Positions 50,239 through 60,293 are shown, counted from the first letter of the stretch. The stretch is 64,000 bases of DNA from Gemmatimonadota bacterium (GCA_038153405.1 JAYOYH010000016.1:33823-97822), one strand, 5' to 3'. A program made the numbers and translations. The notes: a model not told the origin generated them from the sequence alone.

Positions 50239-52983
50239 ATGATTCGATTCTGGACACTGCTCGCCGCGTGCTGCTCCATGGCCTGGGTGCACGCAGCCGT
50301 TGTGCACGCGGAGGCGGTTGCAGCCCTCCTGCAGGAAGGCAGCACCACGCGCGGTCGCGTGCACGCGCTGACGGTATTTGCCCACTTTGGCGACGAAGCC
50401 GATCTGGTAGGGGCTCAAGTGCCGGCCTTTGCCGCAGACCTCTTTGACGAGAAGTTGCCCGGCAGCGTATCCCATTTCTATCGCGAGATGTCGCGCGGGC
50501 AGTTCCTGATCAGCGGTGCGGTGCTGCCGCGCTGGTACAGCGGGCGCGGAGCCGCCAGTCGCTACATAGAGCCTGCGGGCAGCTATGCCGACTTGGCGCG
50601 TGAAGTCATTGAGGCGGTCGATGGCGAAATTGACCTCGGGCTATACGATAGCGACGGGCCGGACGGGGTGCCCAATTCGGGCGATGACGACGGCTATGTC
50701 GACTTCCTATTTATCGTCATGCGCAGCACCCCCCCGGGTTTTATCGTCGCCGAAGCGACCGGCATTGCCCGCCTAGGGCTGGGCAGCGACTATCGCAGCA
50801 ACGACGCATCGCTGTCGGGCGGCAACATACGCATTCGCGCCGACGGCTCAAATCGCGGCCCCGGCGGTGCGCTGCAGCAGGGGCGCAATTTTAACGAAGC
50901 GGTAGGCAGTATGGCCCACGAGTTCGGTCACTATCTGCGCCTGCCCGATCTCTACGATACCAGCAGCTTAGACGACGATGTGACCCCAGAGGAAAACTCG
51001 GCCGGCATTGGCTATTGGGGCATTATGGGGCATGGCAATCGCGGGTGGAACGAGCGCGGCGGCCCCAATCCATTTTCCGCCTGGTCACTGGCGCAGCTCG
51101 GCTGGCTCGGCGTAGAAAACGCACAGCTCGAGGTGGTCTACGAGGATGTGGTCGACGCCGAACTGCGCGATGTGAACGCGGGGGGCGCGGTCTATCTGCT
51201 GCCCGAGTCCACCGGGCAGGGTTATTACCTCGTCGAATACCGCAGCCGCCGCACCAGCTACTACGAGCGCGATCTGCCGGCCGAGGGAGTGCTCATCTGG
51301 CATATAAACCCGTTGGTAGCCGACAATCGGGACGAAGCCAATCGCCTTGTCGAACTGGTCTGCGCCGACGGCCAATACGCCGATGCCGGCTTTCCGCTGG
51401 GCGCGCGCGCAGCGCCGTTTGACGGGCGCGATAATCTCGACTTCTGGTCTACCGACGAAACCTATCGCAGCCGATTTGGCGGAAATTTGGGCGATGCGAC
51501 GGACGTGTGGGACGGGGTGCGCTATACGGACTTTTGGGCCGCTTCCAATCCGGCGGCAAGCGCGGGTATTTCGGTGACGAATATGCGCGCACTCGGCGAT
51601 CGCATGCTGGCCGATCTGCGCATTGCAGACGAGCGTCGCGCGGGAACGGTAGCCCAGAGCCAGGTGTGGCGCGGCCGCATTGATCTGGTGGGCGATATTC
51701 GCGTTCTGCCCGGCGTGCGGCTAGAGCTGGCCGAGGGTACGCATATTGCCGTGGGGCGCGACACGCTGGGTACGGGCAGCGATGCGGCGCGCATTGAAAT
51801 CGCGGTGCTGGGACAGTTGGTGAGCAACGTGACGGGGCGCGATAGCGTGCGGATTACCTCAGCGGCGCCGAACCCGGCACCGGGCGATTGGGCGGGTATC
51901 AGCTTGGGGCCTTTCGCGCGCGTCTTCATGCGACGCACGCGCATTGAATACGCACAAACAGCCCTGCAGGCAACGGGCCTATCTCTGCGCTCTGACGAGA
52001 GCGGCCGCGGTATTCAGGTATTGGCCATGGAAGAGGTCGATATAAGCGATGCGCGCGACGACGGCATACGCCTGGGCGATATCGGCGAGCCGCTGAGCTT
52101 TAACCAACTCGGGGTGCGTCGCGTCGGCGGCGTCGGTCTGTCGGTTGAAGGCGCGGGACTGGTTCGCATCAACGGTGCCGTATTTGAAGAAAATGCCGGG
52201 GGCGGCCTGCTGCGCGAAGGTGGATTTATCGAGCTGCAGGAGAGCCGTTTTACCGATAACGGCCTGGCGGTAGAGGGCGGGGCTAATGTGCATTTGGGGC
52301 GCGAGGTCTTTGGACAGGTGCGCAACAATTTTTTTTCCGGAGGGGTTGGGTTACACTGCGCGGAGTGCAAAGATATCGTCATTGCCGATAACGCCTTTAG
52401 CGATTACCGCATCGGCCTGCGCGTCGTCAACTCGCAGCCGCGCGTGTATTCCAATCAGTTTATTCGCGGCCAGCTAGCGCTGCAGATCAGTGGCCGCGTC
52501 GTGCCAATGCGCCTCGACCTCAACGTGGTTCAGGACAGCGAGCAGTTGCTCCACAGCGAGAGCGATCAGCTGGTCGTCGCCGCCAATAATTGGTGGGGAA
52601 GCGAGGACGAGGCGTGGATTGAGCAGCGCATAAGCGGGTTCGTGCAGTGGCGTCCCTTCCTCAACTTTGACCCGCGCGCACCCCTCGACTTTGCGCTGCG
52701 CCAGAACTATCCCAATCCCTTTAATGCCAGCACGGTTATCGAGTACCAAATTGGCATTAATGACCCCATTATTGGCGGCCGCACGCGCGCCGTATTGGAA
52801 GTGCGGAATATTGCGGGCCTGCTTGTCCGCCGCCTCGTTGACGAATTGGCCTCGCCGGGTTTTTATTCCGTCCAGTGGGATGGACGCAACGATGCGGGGC
52901 AATCCGTGGCCAGCGGCGTATATTATTATTTGTTGGACATCGGTCCGATCACCCAGTATCGCAAACTACTCTTTCTCAAGTAG
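50239..52983 (+). CDS. Secreted M6 metalloprotease paralog with beta-helix region and FlgD-Ig/T9SS-like C-terminal domain
   Basis: Signal peptide; HEFGHYLRLPDLYD; WGIMG; QNYPNPFNAST...WDGRND.G..VASGVYYY. Confidence 0.88.
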   Translation: MIRFWTLLAACCSMAWVHAAVVHAEAVAALLQEGSTTRGRVHALTVFAHFGDEADLVGAQVPAFAADLFDEKLPGSVSHFYREMSRGQFLISGAVLPRWYSGRGAASRYIEPAGSYADLAREVIEAVDGEIDLGLYDSDGPDGVPNSGDDDGYVDFLFIVMRSTPPGFIVAEATGIARLGLGSDYRSNDASLSGGNIRIRADGSNRGPGGALQQGRNFNEAVGSMAHEFGHYLRLPDLYDTSSLDDDVTPEENSAGIGYWGIMGHGNRGWNERGGPNPFSAWSLAQLGWLGVENAQLEVVYEDVVDAELRDVNAGGAVYLLPESTGQGYYLVEYRSRRTSYYERDLPAEGVLIWHINPLVADNRDEANRLVELVCADGQYADAGFPLGARAAPFDGRDNLDFWSTDETYRSRFGGNLGDATDVWDGVRYTDFWAASNPAASAGISVTNMRALGDRMLADLRIADERRAGTVAQSQVWRGRIDLVGDIRVLPGVRLELAEGTHIAVGRDTLGTGSDAARIEIAVLGQLVSNVTGRDSVRITSAAPNPAPGDWAGISLGPFARVFMRRTRIEYAQTALQATGLSLRSDESGRGIQVLAMEEVDISDARDDGIRLGDIGEPLSFNQLGVRRVGGVGLSVEGAGLVRINGAVFEENAGGGLLREGGFIELQESRFTDNGLAVEGGANVHLGREVFGQVRNNFFSGGVGLHCAECKDIVIADNAFSDYRIGLRVVNSQPRVYSNQFIRGQLALQISGRVVPMRLDLNVVQDSEQLLHSESDQLVVAANNWWGSEDEAWIEQRISGFVQWRPFLNFDPRAPLDFALRQNYPNPFNASTVIEYQIGINDPIIGGRTRAVLEVRNIAGLLVRRLVDELASPGFYSVQWDGRNDAGQSVASGVYYYLLDIGPITQYRKLLFLK

Positions 52984-53178
52984 TTGGCTCGGGAGGAATA
53001 ATCTTCCTACTTCGCGCCGTTGCGCGCGCCGTTGCCGCTGAGACGATACCACGAGGGGTTGGGTAGCCACCCTTTTACACGCTATCTGTAGTGCCTCATA
53101 GAGGGGAAGTAAGCGCGCGCAAAAAACGCTCTATAACATTCACTCAATCTTCTTTAACCATTTTATTTTTCTAAAGAT

Positions 53179-54738
53179 ATGCATGCCGAAGTCGATTATT
53201 TAGTCATAGGCAGTGGCGTCGCTGGCCTTTTTTTTGCTATACAGGCATCAGAGTGCGGCCGCGTCGCTGTGGTGACCAAGCGCGGTCGCCTCGAGTCCAA
53301 CACGCGCTATGCCCAAGGAGGCATTGCCGTCGTGGCCGACCAGCGCGACTCGGTGGCCAGTCACGCGCGCGATACGCTGTCCTCAGGCGCTGGCATATGC
53401 CGCACCGACATCGTGGAGGGCGTGATTGCCGAGGGCCCCGAGGTCGTCGGTCAGCTCATTGAATTGGGCGCGCAGTTTACCCGCGATGCGTCGGGTGAAT
53501 TGTCGCTGGCGCGCGAGGGCGGGCACGAATGGGCCCGCGTCGTGCGGGCCGATGATATGACGGGGCGCGAAGTAGCGCGCGCATTGGTGGCGGCTGCTGA
53601 AGAGCGGCCTGCCATACGCCTGCTCGATGAGCACATGGCCGCCGATCTGATATTGAACGAGGATGGCCACTGCTGTGGGGCACTGGTGTTTGACGGAGAA
53701 ACGGGTGAGTGGGGGCCGGTATATGCCGGCGCAACGCTGCTGGCAACAGGCGGTTGTGGGCAGGCCTTTTTGCACACGACGAACCCGTCGATTGCCAACG
53801 GCGATGGTGTGGCCATGGCATGGCGCGCCGGGGCGGACGTGGGCAATATGGAATTTGTGCAGTTCCACCCGACGATGTTTTTCGATCCGGGTGGCTCCGC
53901 TTTCTTGATTACGGAGGCGCTGCGCGGACATGGCGCACTGCTGGTAAATGGCCGGGGAGAGCCCTTTGTAGACCCGCTGCAGACGCGCGATGTTGTGACG
54001 CGGGAAATCGTTCGACAAATGGCTGCAAACGGCGACGCGTGTGCGTATCTGGACGCCACGGCCAGTGATGCCGAACAGACCAAGGAGCGCTTTCCCAACA
54101 TTTATCGATACTGCCTTGAACGCGGCGTCGATATAGGGCATCAGCGCCTGCCGGTGGTACCGGCCGCACACTACAGCTGCGGTGGGGTATGCACCGATGT
54201 GCATGGCCAGACGACGGTGCCGGGCTTATACGCGGCCGGCGAAGTGGCGATGAGCGGTTTTCACGGCGCCAATCGCCTAGCGAGCAATTCGCTGTTGGAA
54301 GGGCTGGTCTTTGCGCGCCGGGCTTTTCGCCACATGGGTGTTCCCGCCCCAGTCAAAGGCCCGTCTCCCTCGCTCTGGCGCGGACCGCTGTGCGACGAAG
54401 CACAGCTGGCGGCACGACGCGATGAGGTGAGGCGACTGATGTGGAATGACGTCGGTATTGAGCGCAGCGATGCCGGTTTGGCGCGCGCCTGTGGACGCCT
54501 GGCGACGCTGCGCGAAGAAGTAGAGGAATTATACCGGTTGCACGGTGCGCATGCGCACTTGGTGCAGATGCGCAATTTGATTACCGTGGCCGATTTAATA
54601 GCGCGTTCGGCGCGCTGGCGACTAGAGAGTCGCGGCTGTCACTACAACACCGATCACGCCGAGCGCGACGACGTTCACTGGCGCTGCGAGACGCTGCTGA
54701 AGGCCAGCGGCGTAATAGCAAGAGGTTGCGAGTTATGA
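53179..54738 (+). CDS. nadB: L-aspartate oxidase
   Basis: IGSGVAG, SNTRYAQGGIA, REGGH, EFVQFHPT, TEALRG.G, PAAHY.CGG, HGANRLASNSLLE. Confidence 0.93.
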   Translation: MHAEVDYLVIGSGVAGLFFAIQASECGRVAVVTKRGRLESNTRYAQGGIAVVADQRDSVASHARDTLSSGAGICRTDIVEGVIAEGPEVVGQLIELGAQFTRDASGELSLAREGGHEWARVVRADDMTGREVARALVAAAEERPAIRLLDEHMAADLILNEDGHCCGALVFDGETGEWGPVYAGATLLATGGCGQAFLHTTNPSIANGDGVAMAWRAGADVGNMEFVQFHPTMFFDPGGSAFLITEALRGHGALLVNGRGEPFVDPLQTRDVVTREIVRQMAANGDACAYLDATASDAEQTKERFPNIYRYCLERGVDIGHQRLPVVPAAHYSCGGVCTDVHGQTTVPGLYAAGEVAMSGFHGANRLASNSLLEGLVFARRAFRHMGVPAPVKGPSPSLWRGPLCDEAQLAARRDEVRRLMWNDVGIERSDAGLARACGRLATLREEVEELYRLHGAHAHLVQMRNLITVADLIARSARWRLESRGCHYNTDHAERDDVHWRCETLLKASGVIARGCEL

Positions 54739-55793
54739 AAAAGTGGTTGCTAATACTGGCTACGATAAGTTGCGTCGCCCCCGTCTACGCGGGAGAGGCT
54801 CTGGTCACCCGCGTGCGCGGTTCGGTGCTGACTATTGATGCCGGCGCTGAAGGTGGGCTAATCAAGGGGTTGTCGGTCGATATCGTCCGTCCGCCGGGCG
54901 AGGCCGTTATTCACCCGATCACGGGGGAAAATCTCGGCGCGCCGGAAATGGTGATTGGCAGGGGCGAAATCTCCAAGACGTCGAATCGGGCGGCCAATGT
55001 TAAGGTCGAATCTGGTTTGCTGCTGTCCGTTCGCCCGGGCGATTTCGTGCGCTTTACCACGCCGCAGGAAGAGATGCTCATCGACCAGGAGCGCACCGTG
55101 GTCACGCAGGAGAAAAACCAGGAAGAGCACCAAGGATTTCGCAACGAAATCGCGCGCCTCACGCGCAACATCAAGAACGTGCAGGGGCGGATCGGTGGTT
55201 TGGAACAGATGATGAAGCGCGTCGAGCGCGTCGAAGAGGGTTTTCGCGTCCAACTGCGCGGTATCAACACCGATATGAACGTCATGAAAGAGGACATCGT
55301 CGATCTCAAAGAAGCGGTGTCGCTGATGGGGGCTGTGCCCGTTGCCGGCCTAGAAGGCGAGATGGCCGCCGAGCCAGTCGACCTGAGCTCGGAGGAGAGC
55401 GTCGAGCAGATTCGCCAAATCGTGCGCAACGTCATAGAAGAGTCGCAGCCGGTGGTGCCGCCGGTTAGCCAGGAAGAGCTAGCTCTGCCCGAGGAAACGG
55501 CTCTCGATGTGCCGCTCGAGGAGGAAGAGATGGCCAGCGAGGAAGGGGAAGAGGAAGAGCCATTTTACCTGCAAACCTGGTTTATCGGTTTGCTCGCCGC
55601 TATCGGCATTATCGGAGTAGCTGCGTTTGTCTACATGCGTATGATGGCCAACGGCGGCGAAGACGAGGAGGACGAAGAAGACGAGGAAATCGTCGACGAC
55701 GACGACTTGGACGACGATGACGATGATCTAGACATGGATGACCTAGACATGGATGACGAGGAAGACGACATTATCGTCGAGGAAACTTCATAA
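54735..55793 (+). CDS. Membrane-anchored protein: FlgT-C-like domain, coiled coil, TM helix, hyperacidic tail
   Basis: Signal peptide; HPITGENLG motif; heptad region; TM WFIGLLAAIGIIGVAAFVYM; D/E tail; ATGA overlap with nadB. Confidence 0.7.
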   Translation: MKKWLLILATISCVAPVYAGEALVTRVRGSVLTIDAGAEGGLIKGLSVDIVRPPGEAVIHPITGENLGAPEMVIGRGEISKTSNRAANVKVESGLLLSVRPGDFVRFTTPQEEMLIDQERTVVTQEKNQEEHQGFRNEIARLTRNIKNVQGRIGGLEQMMKRVERVEEGFRVQLRGINTDMNVMKEDIVDLKEAVSLMGAVPVAGLEGEMAAEPVDLSSEESVEQIRQIVRNVIEESQPVVPPVSQEELALPEETALDVPLEEEEMASEEGEEEEPFYLQTWFIGLLAAIGIIGVAAFVYMRMMANGGEDEEDEEDEEIVDDDDLDDDDDDLDMDDLDMDDEEDDIIVEETS

Positions 55794-55826
55794 GGTGCTA
55801 ACGCACCACTGCTGAAGGTAATTACC

Positions 55827-56633
55827 ATGTTTGCAAAATCGATCATAGGCCTGTTGCTGGTCGTCCTTGCTGTGGATCCGAGTGCCGTCAAGGCACAGGG
55901 GGCTCTGCCAGCTTCTGAAAGTGGCTTTATTATCCGCGTGATGGATCGCCTGTTGTTCATCGATATGGGGCGTCAAGTGGGAGTGCGCGAAGGCGATATT
56001 TTTGACATTGTCGAAGCCGAAGTGGTAACGCACCCGCTGAGCGGCGATACGCTTTCGGTCACACCGCGCAACGTGGGTGCGCTGCGCGTGCGCCAAGTAT
56101 ATCCCAAAATGGCGCTTGCCGAGCTCATGCACATCCAGGCGGGGCGCGATCCCATGCTGATGCGCATCGCGCCGATACAGAATCCAGAGCGCCTGCTAGA
56201 AGTGGAACGATTTCTCAAACAAAACCCCGTGGACGGCGGGCCGCCGCGGCGCTTAGCGCTGCTGCCGGGGGTCTACCAGTATACCATGGGTAGCCGATGG
56301 AAGGGAATGGGCCTGTTGGGCATGGAACTGGCGGCGCTGGGCACGGGGATTGCCTACCGCATAAGCAGCGACGATTGGTTTAACCAGTATAGCGAATTGC
56401 CGCCGGGCTTGGCGCCTGATCGCTACGACTTTTACTTTGACGAGGCCAGCAACCGGCGTTCGATCAGCAATCGCCTATTCTGGCTGGCTGGAGCTGTCTA
56501 TGTCTACAATCTGATCGACGTCATGTGGATGGGCAACGGCGGCGTGTCGATGAAGATGAAAAAGAGTTTTTCCATGGGGGTGAGTTACAGTCGCGACGGT
56601 GCGCCGCTGGTGCAGCTTATGCGCAGGTTCTGA
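55827..56633 (+). CDS. Hypothetical exported protein (FlgT-C-like N-domain, DUF5683-like C-part)
   Basis: IDMG...GV.EGD.F...HPLSGDTL; LPG.YQ...G...KG; VYVYNLID. Confidence 0.65.
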   Translation: MFAKSIIGLLLVVLAVDPSAVKAQGALPASESGFIIRVMDRLLFIDMGRQVGVREGDIFDIVEAEVVTHPLSGDTLSVTPRNVGALRVRQVYPKMALAELMHIQAGRDPMLMRIAPIQNPERLLEVERFLKQNPVDGGPPRRLALLPGVYQYTMGSRWKGMGLLGMELAALGTGIAYRISSDDWFNQYSELPPGLAPDRYDFYFDEASNRRSISNRLFWLAGAVYVYNLIDVMWMGNGGVSMKMKKSFSMGVSYSRDGAPLVQLMRRF

Positions 56634-56640
56634 GGATGCT

Positions 56641-57090
56641 ATGGCCAAGCTGAGTATTGGATGGGTGCTGTGCTGTTGCCTGCTGGCCTGTGGCAACTTC
56701 GAACGGGCAAATCCCTTTGACCCGAACGGCGGCGGCGTGACCGATCTAACGGCGCTGTTAGTGGGTACCTGGAGCCGAGATGATTCTGAAAAGAACCAAG
56801 TCTACACGTTTAAGGATGATGGCCGCGTGGAGCTGCGCGACTACAGCGCGCCCGCCGGCGGGGTCGTTGACCGCAATGGATCTTTCCCGCAGACGCTGGT
56901 TCTGAGCTTTGCCGGTACGTACAACTTGGTCGGCGACCTGCTGCGCATCAACTTCACGTCGGTGCAAAGCAACGATCCGGCCGGTCAGCTGCCGAGCCTG
57001 CGCGACAAGGTCGTCAATATCAAGATAATCGGCAACGTGTTGACGATGGAAGAGAACGACGGCAATAGGATATACAATAGGGGTCTATAA
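56641..57090 (+). CDS. Hypothetical lipoprotein
   Basis: Lipobox LLAC followed by ERANPFDP; LVGTW lipocalin-like start. Confidence 0.75.
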   Translation: MAKLSIGWVLCCCLLACGNFERANPFDPNGGGVTDLTALLVGTWSRDDSEKNQVYTFKDDGRVELRDYSAPAGGVVDRNGSFPQTLVLSFAGTYNLVGDLLRINFTSVQSNDPAGQLPSLRDKVVNIKIIGNVLTMEENDGNRIYNRGL

Positions 57091-57135
57091 GAGGCGGCGC
57101 AGGTTCGATATCGCGTTAATACACCGTTTATACAG

Positions 57136-57168
57136 AGCGCTCCGTTGGCACAGCGGGGCGCTTTTTTT
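57136..57168 (+). terminator. Intrinsic terminator
   Basis: AGCGCTCCGTTG-GCA-CAGCGGGGCGCT followed by TTTTTT. Confidence 0.8.
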
Positions 57169-57219
57169 ATATTCTGCTCCGCTTTTTCCCCCTTACCGAT
57201 CTCAAAAAAGGAAGTGCCC

Positions 57220-59013
57220 GTGGGCATTGTAGTGATCGATTTTGGTGGACAGTACGCCCACCTGATTGCCAACCGCATTCGCCGTTTGCGCGTCTACGCC
57301 GAGATTCGCTCTCCCTTGGTGGACGTCAGTGAGTTGGAGCAGTCCGACGGTATCATTCTATCCGGAGGTCCGGCCAGCGTCTACGACGAGCATGCCCCTG
57401 CATTTAATCCCGATATACTGCACACCGGCAAGCCGCTGTTAGGCCTGTGCTACGGTCATCAGCTCATCTGCCAGGGCTTTGGCGGGCGCGTCGAGCCGGG
57501 CGATGTCAGCGAGTTTGGCGCGGCCTATCTCGATGTGCACAAGCAGCAAGAGCTCTTCAGCGGATTGGCAGCGCGCGAGTTGGTGTGGATGAGCCATCGC
57601 GACAGCGTAGCTCAGCTGCCATCGGGTTTTTCTGTATATGGTTCTACAGAGGACTGCCCTGTCGCGGCCATGGGCGACCCTGCACGTCGCATATACGGGC
57701 TGCAGTTTCATCCAGAGGTGACCCATTCAGAGCACGGCATGCAAATGCTGGACAATTTTCTCGATCTGTGCGGCGCGGCGCGTGACTGGACGATGGAGCA
57801 GTATATAGAGGAGGTCAAAGAGCGCGTGCGGGCGCAGGCCGCTGGGCGCAACGTATTCCTGTTGGTAAGCGGCGGCGTCGATTCGTCGGTGGCTTTTTTA
57901 CTGCTCAATCAGGCGCTAGGTGAAGATCGCGTGCTGGGGCTGCACATCGACAACGGCTTTATGCGCAAAGGGGAGACGGCGCTGGTCGAGCGTCTGATGA
58001 AAGACTCCGGTTTTCACAACCTGCAGGTCGTCGACGCCAGCGCCGACTTCTTGCGCGCGCTCGAAGGGGTATCCGAGCCGGAGGAAAAGCGCCGCCTGAT
58101 TGGCGAAGAATTTTTGTTGGTGCGCGATCGGGCGCTAGCCAGCTTACAGCTCGATCCAGAGGAGTGGCTGCTCGGGCAGGGCACGCTCTACACGGACACC
58201 ATTGAATCGGGTGGCACCGACAACGCGGCCGTTATCAAGACGCATCACAACCGCGTCGGCGTAATTGAAGAGCTGCTGGCCGAAGGCAAGGTGGTCGAGC
58301 CGCTCGACCAGCTATACAAGGACGAGGCGCGCGAGCTGGGCGAAAAGCTCGGTCTGCCGCACCACCTAGTATGGCGCCATCCCTTTCCGGGACCGGGACT
58401 GGGCGTGCGCGCGCTGTGCAGCGACGGCGACGAGCGCGCGCAGGGAGCGCAAGAGGCGCAGGCACGCGCGGCGCAGATGGCCGCGCACTATGGCCTGCAG
58501 TTGGAGATATTGCCGCTGCGCAGTGTCGGCGTGCAGGGCGATTCGCGCACGTATGCTCATCCGGCTGTGGTGTCGGGCGAGAGCGATTGGGCGACATTAG
58601 AAGAGCTGTCGACGGAGCTAACCAACAGTTTTGCAGCGATCAATCGCGTCATCTATCTGCTGGGTCCGCAGCAGAGGCTACCCCAGCAGGTGAAAAAGGG
58701 CTACCTGACGCGCGATCGACTCGATTTGCTGCGCGAGGCCGACGCCATTGTTATGGACGCGCTTGCGCGGCACGATCTGCTGCGCGAAGTGACGCAGATG
58801 CCTACCGTGCTGGTGCCGCTGTCATCGGACGGCGTGCAGGAGAGCATCGTGCTGCGCCCCATTTCGACAGACGATTTTATGACGGCGCGCTTTAGCCAGC
58901 TGCCGCAGGTCTTTATCGACGAAGTGCGCGACGCGCTGCTAGCCTTAGAGGGCATTGAAGCGGTGTTCTACGATGTTACGCACAAGCCGCCCGGCACGGT
59001 CGAGTGGGAGTGA
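57220..59013 (+). CDS. guaA: GMP synthase (glutamine-hydrolysing), long form
   Basis: DFGGQY, GLCYGHQ, QFHPEV, SGGVDS, IKTHHN, HPFPGPGL, KPPGTVEWE. Confidence 0.96.
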   Translation: MGIVVIDFGGQYAHLIANRIRRLRVYAEIRSPLVDVSELEQSDGIILSGGPASVYDEHAPAFNPDILHTGKPLLGLCYGHQLICQGFGGRVEPGDVSEFGAAYLDVHKQQELFSGLAARELVWMSHRDSVAQLPSGFSVYGSTEDCPVAAMGDPARRIYGLQFHPEVTHSEHGMQMLDNFLDLCGAARDWTMEQYIEEVKERVRAQAAGRNVFLLVSGGVDSSVAFLLLNQALGEDRVLGLHIDNGFMRKGETALVERLMKDSGFHNLQVVDASADFLRALEGVSEPEEKRRLIGEEFLLVRDRALASLQLDPEEWLLGQGTLYTDTIESGGTDNAAVIKTHHNRVGVIEELLAEGKVVEPLDQLYKDEARELGEKLGLPHHLVWRHPFPGPGLGVRALCSDGDERAQGAQEAQARAAQMAAHYGLQLEILPLRSVGVQGDSRTYAHPAVVSGESDWATLEELSTELTNSFAAINRVIYLLGPQQRLPQQVKKGYLTRDRLDLLREADAIVMDALARHDLLREVTQMPTVLVPLSSDGVQESIVLRPISTDDFMTARFSQLPQVFIDEVRDALLALEGIEAVFYDVTHKPPGTVEWE

Positions 59014-59053
59014 GCATGACGCCGCTCGATGGGTCTGTTTAGCTCAACTGCGC

Positions 59054-59091
59054 AATCGCCTTCCAGCTCAAGGGCAGGAAGGCGATTTTTT
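59054..59091 (+). terminator. Intrinsic terminator after guaA
   Basis: AATCGCCTTCC...GGAAGGCGATT followed by TTTT. Confidence 0.75.
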
Positions 59092-59105
59092 GTGCGCGCT
59101 GCTAT

Positions 59106-60293
59106 TCAAATAATATCGGCTGTGTTGGGATCGATGCACGCCCCCTGCGGGCGGGTGCCCATGGGGCGGGCCGGCAGCGCGTCGTATGACGTATAAGCGA
59201 TATCGAGATAGGGCGTCTCTACGCGGCGATGGCCCTCGTAGCGCGAGTTCATGACGGCGTCGATAATGCCCGTGGTAAGCAGCGTGCGCTCGGGCGGGTA
59301 GGGGGCTTGGCCGCAGGCAAAAAAGCGCTGCACGTTCTGACATAAATAGGAAAAATGGGCGAAGGGCCCTTCGTTCTGCAGGAAGAATTCCACGCCGTGC
59401 ACTTGGCCATCGACGCGCGCAGCGTAGGCAAATTCCTGCACGTAGCCGTTGAGCATGAGGGTGGCTGCTTTGAGCCCATCGGCGTATTCAATGAGAAACA
59501 CGGCGGGATCTTTCACGTGTTCTTCCATCGGTCCATCCGGTTTGTTGACGATAGCGCCCACGGCAGCGTCGGCCAATTCGCGCGACCACAGGCCGTCTCG
59601 GCCGGCCTGCCAGACGGCTTCGCCCTCTATACACTGCACCGATACCACGCCCTTTTCGCCGCCTTGTCGTCGTTCAATCATGCACTGCATGGTTTCGAGG
59701 GCGTGATAGCCATAGGCCTCAATGCCGCCATAGCCAATGGAAAGCGCCTCCTCGACATTCGCATCTTTGTTGTATTCGACAAAGGGATTGCGCCAGCACA
59801 GGGGCAGGCTCGAGCCGGCCATTAGGGGAATTTTAAGTTCTTTGGCGCGGTTCCACATCCATTGGGCATCGGCAAAATCGTAGGCGAAGTGCTTGTCGTT
59901 AAAGACGGGCACAGAGCGACCGCTCTCGCCGAATACGCCGGCAATCTGCTCAAAGAAGTAGCGGCGCGGATACATGTGGCGACCGCGTTCGTTCCACGGG
60001 TAGTCGCCGTGTTCGCCGACTAAGAGCACGGCGTCGACGTTGAGTTCGTTGGCGCCGGCGTGCAGGGCGCGACGAATGCTGGGATAGATGGGCACGTCAT
60101 ACTCTTCGGCCAAGCCAACGCCAATATCGTTTTCCAAGACGTGATCTAGGTAGATGGATACGATGTCGATTTCCGGCGCTATGAATCCCTCGTCGGTCGA
60201 CATGCCTTTTAAAAACTTGGTGACGATGACATCGGCGTGGGCTTTGGGATGGTAGATGGTGATAATGGCGGCGACGCGCAGGCGCTCGGACAT
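59106..60293 (-). CDS. Conserved hypothetical protein (possibly a distant Rossmann oxidoreductase-like fold)
   Basis: Long well-formed ORF with HADVI, GEHGDYP, PVFNDKH, AGSS.P, Y..HALE, PYP.ERTLLTTG. Confidence 0.7.
   Translation of the reverse strand: MSERLRVAAIITIYHPKAHADVIVTKFLKGMSTDEGFIAPEIDIVSIYLDHVLENDIGVGLAEEYDVPIYPSIRRALHAGANELNVDAVLLVGEHGDYPWNERGRHMYPRRYFFEQIAGVFGESGRSVPVFNDKHFAYDFADAQWMWNRAKELKIPLMAGSSLPLCWRNPFVEYNKDANVEEALSIGYGGIEAYGYHALETMQCMIERRQGGEKGVVSVQCIEGEAVWQAGRDGLWSRELADAAVGAIVNKPDGPMEEHVKDPAVFLIEYADGLKAATLMLNGYVQEFAYAARVDGQVHGVEFFLQNEGPFAHFSYLCQNVQRFFACGQAPYPPERTLLTTGIIDAVMNSRYEGHRRVETPYLDIAYTSYDALPARPMGTRPQGACIDPNTADII

Noticed and set aside
55655..55790. GAC/GAG-rich repeats as a CRISPR or satellite
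   Set aside because: They are codons of the poly-Asp/Glu tail; there is no repeat-spacer periodicity.
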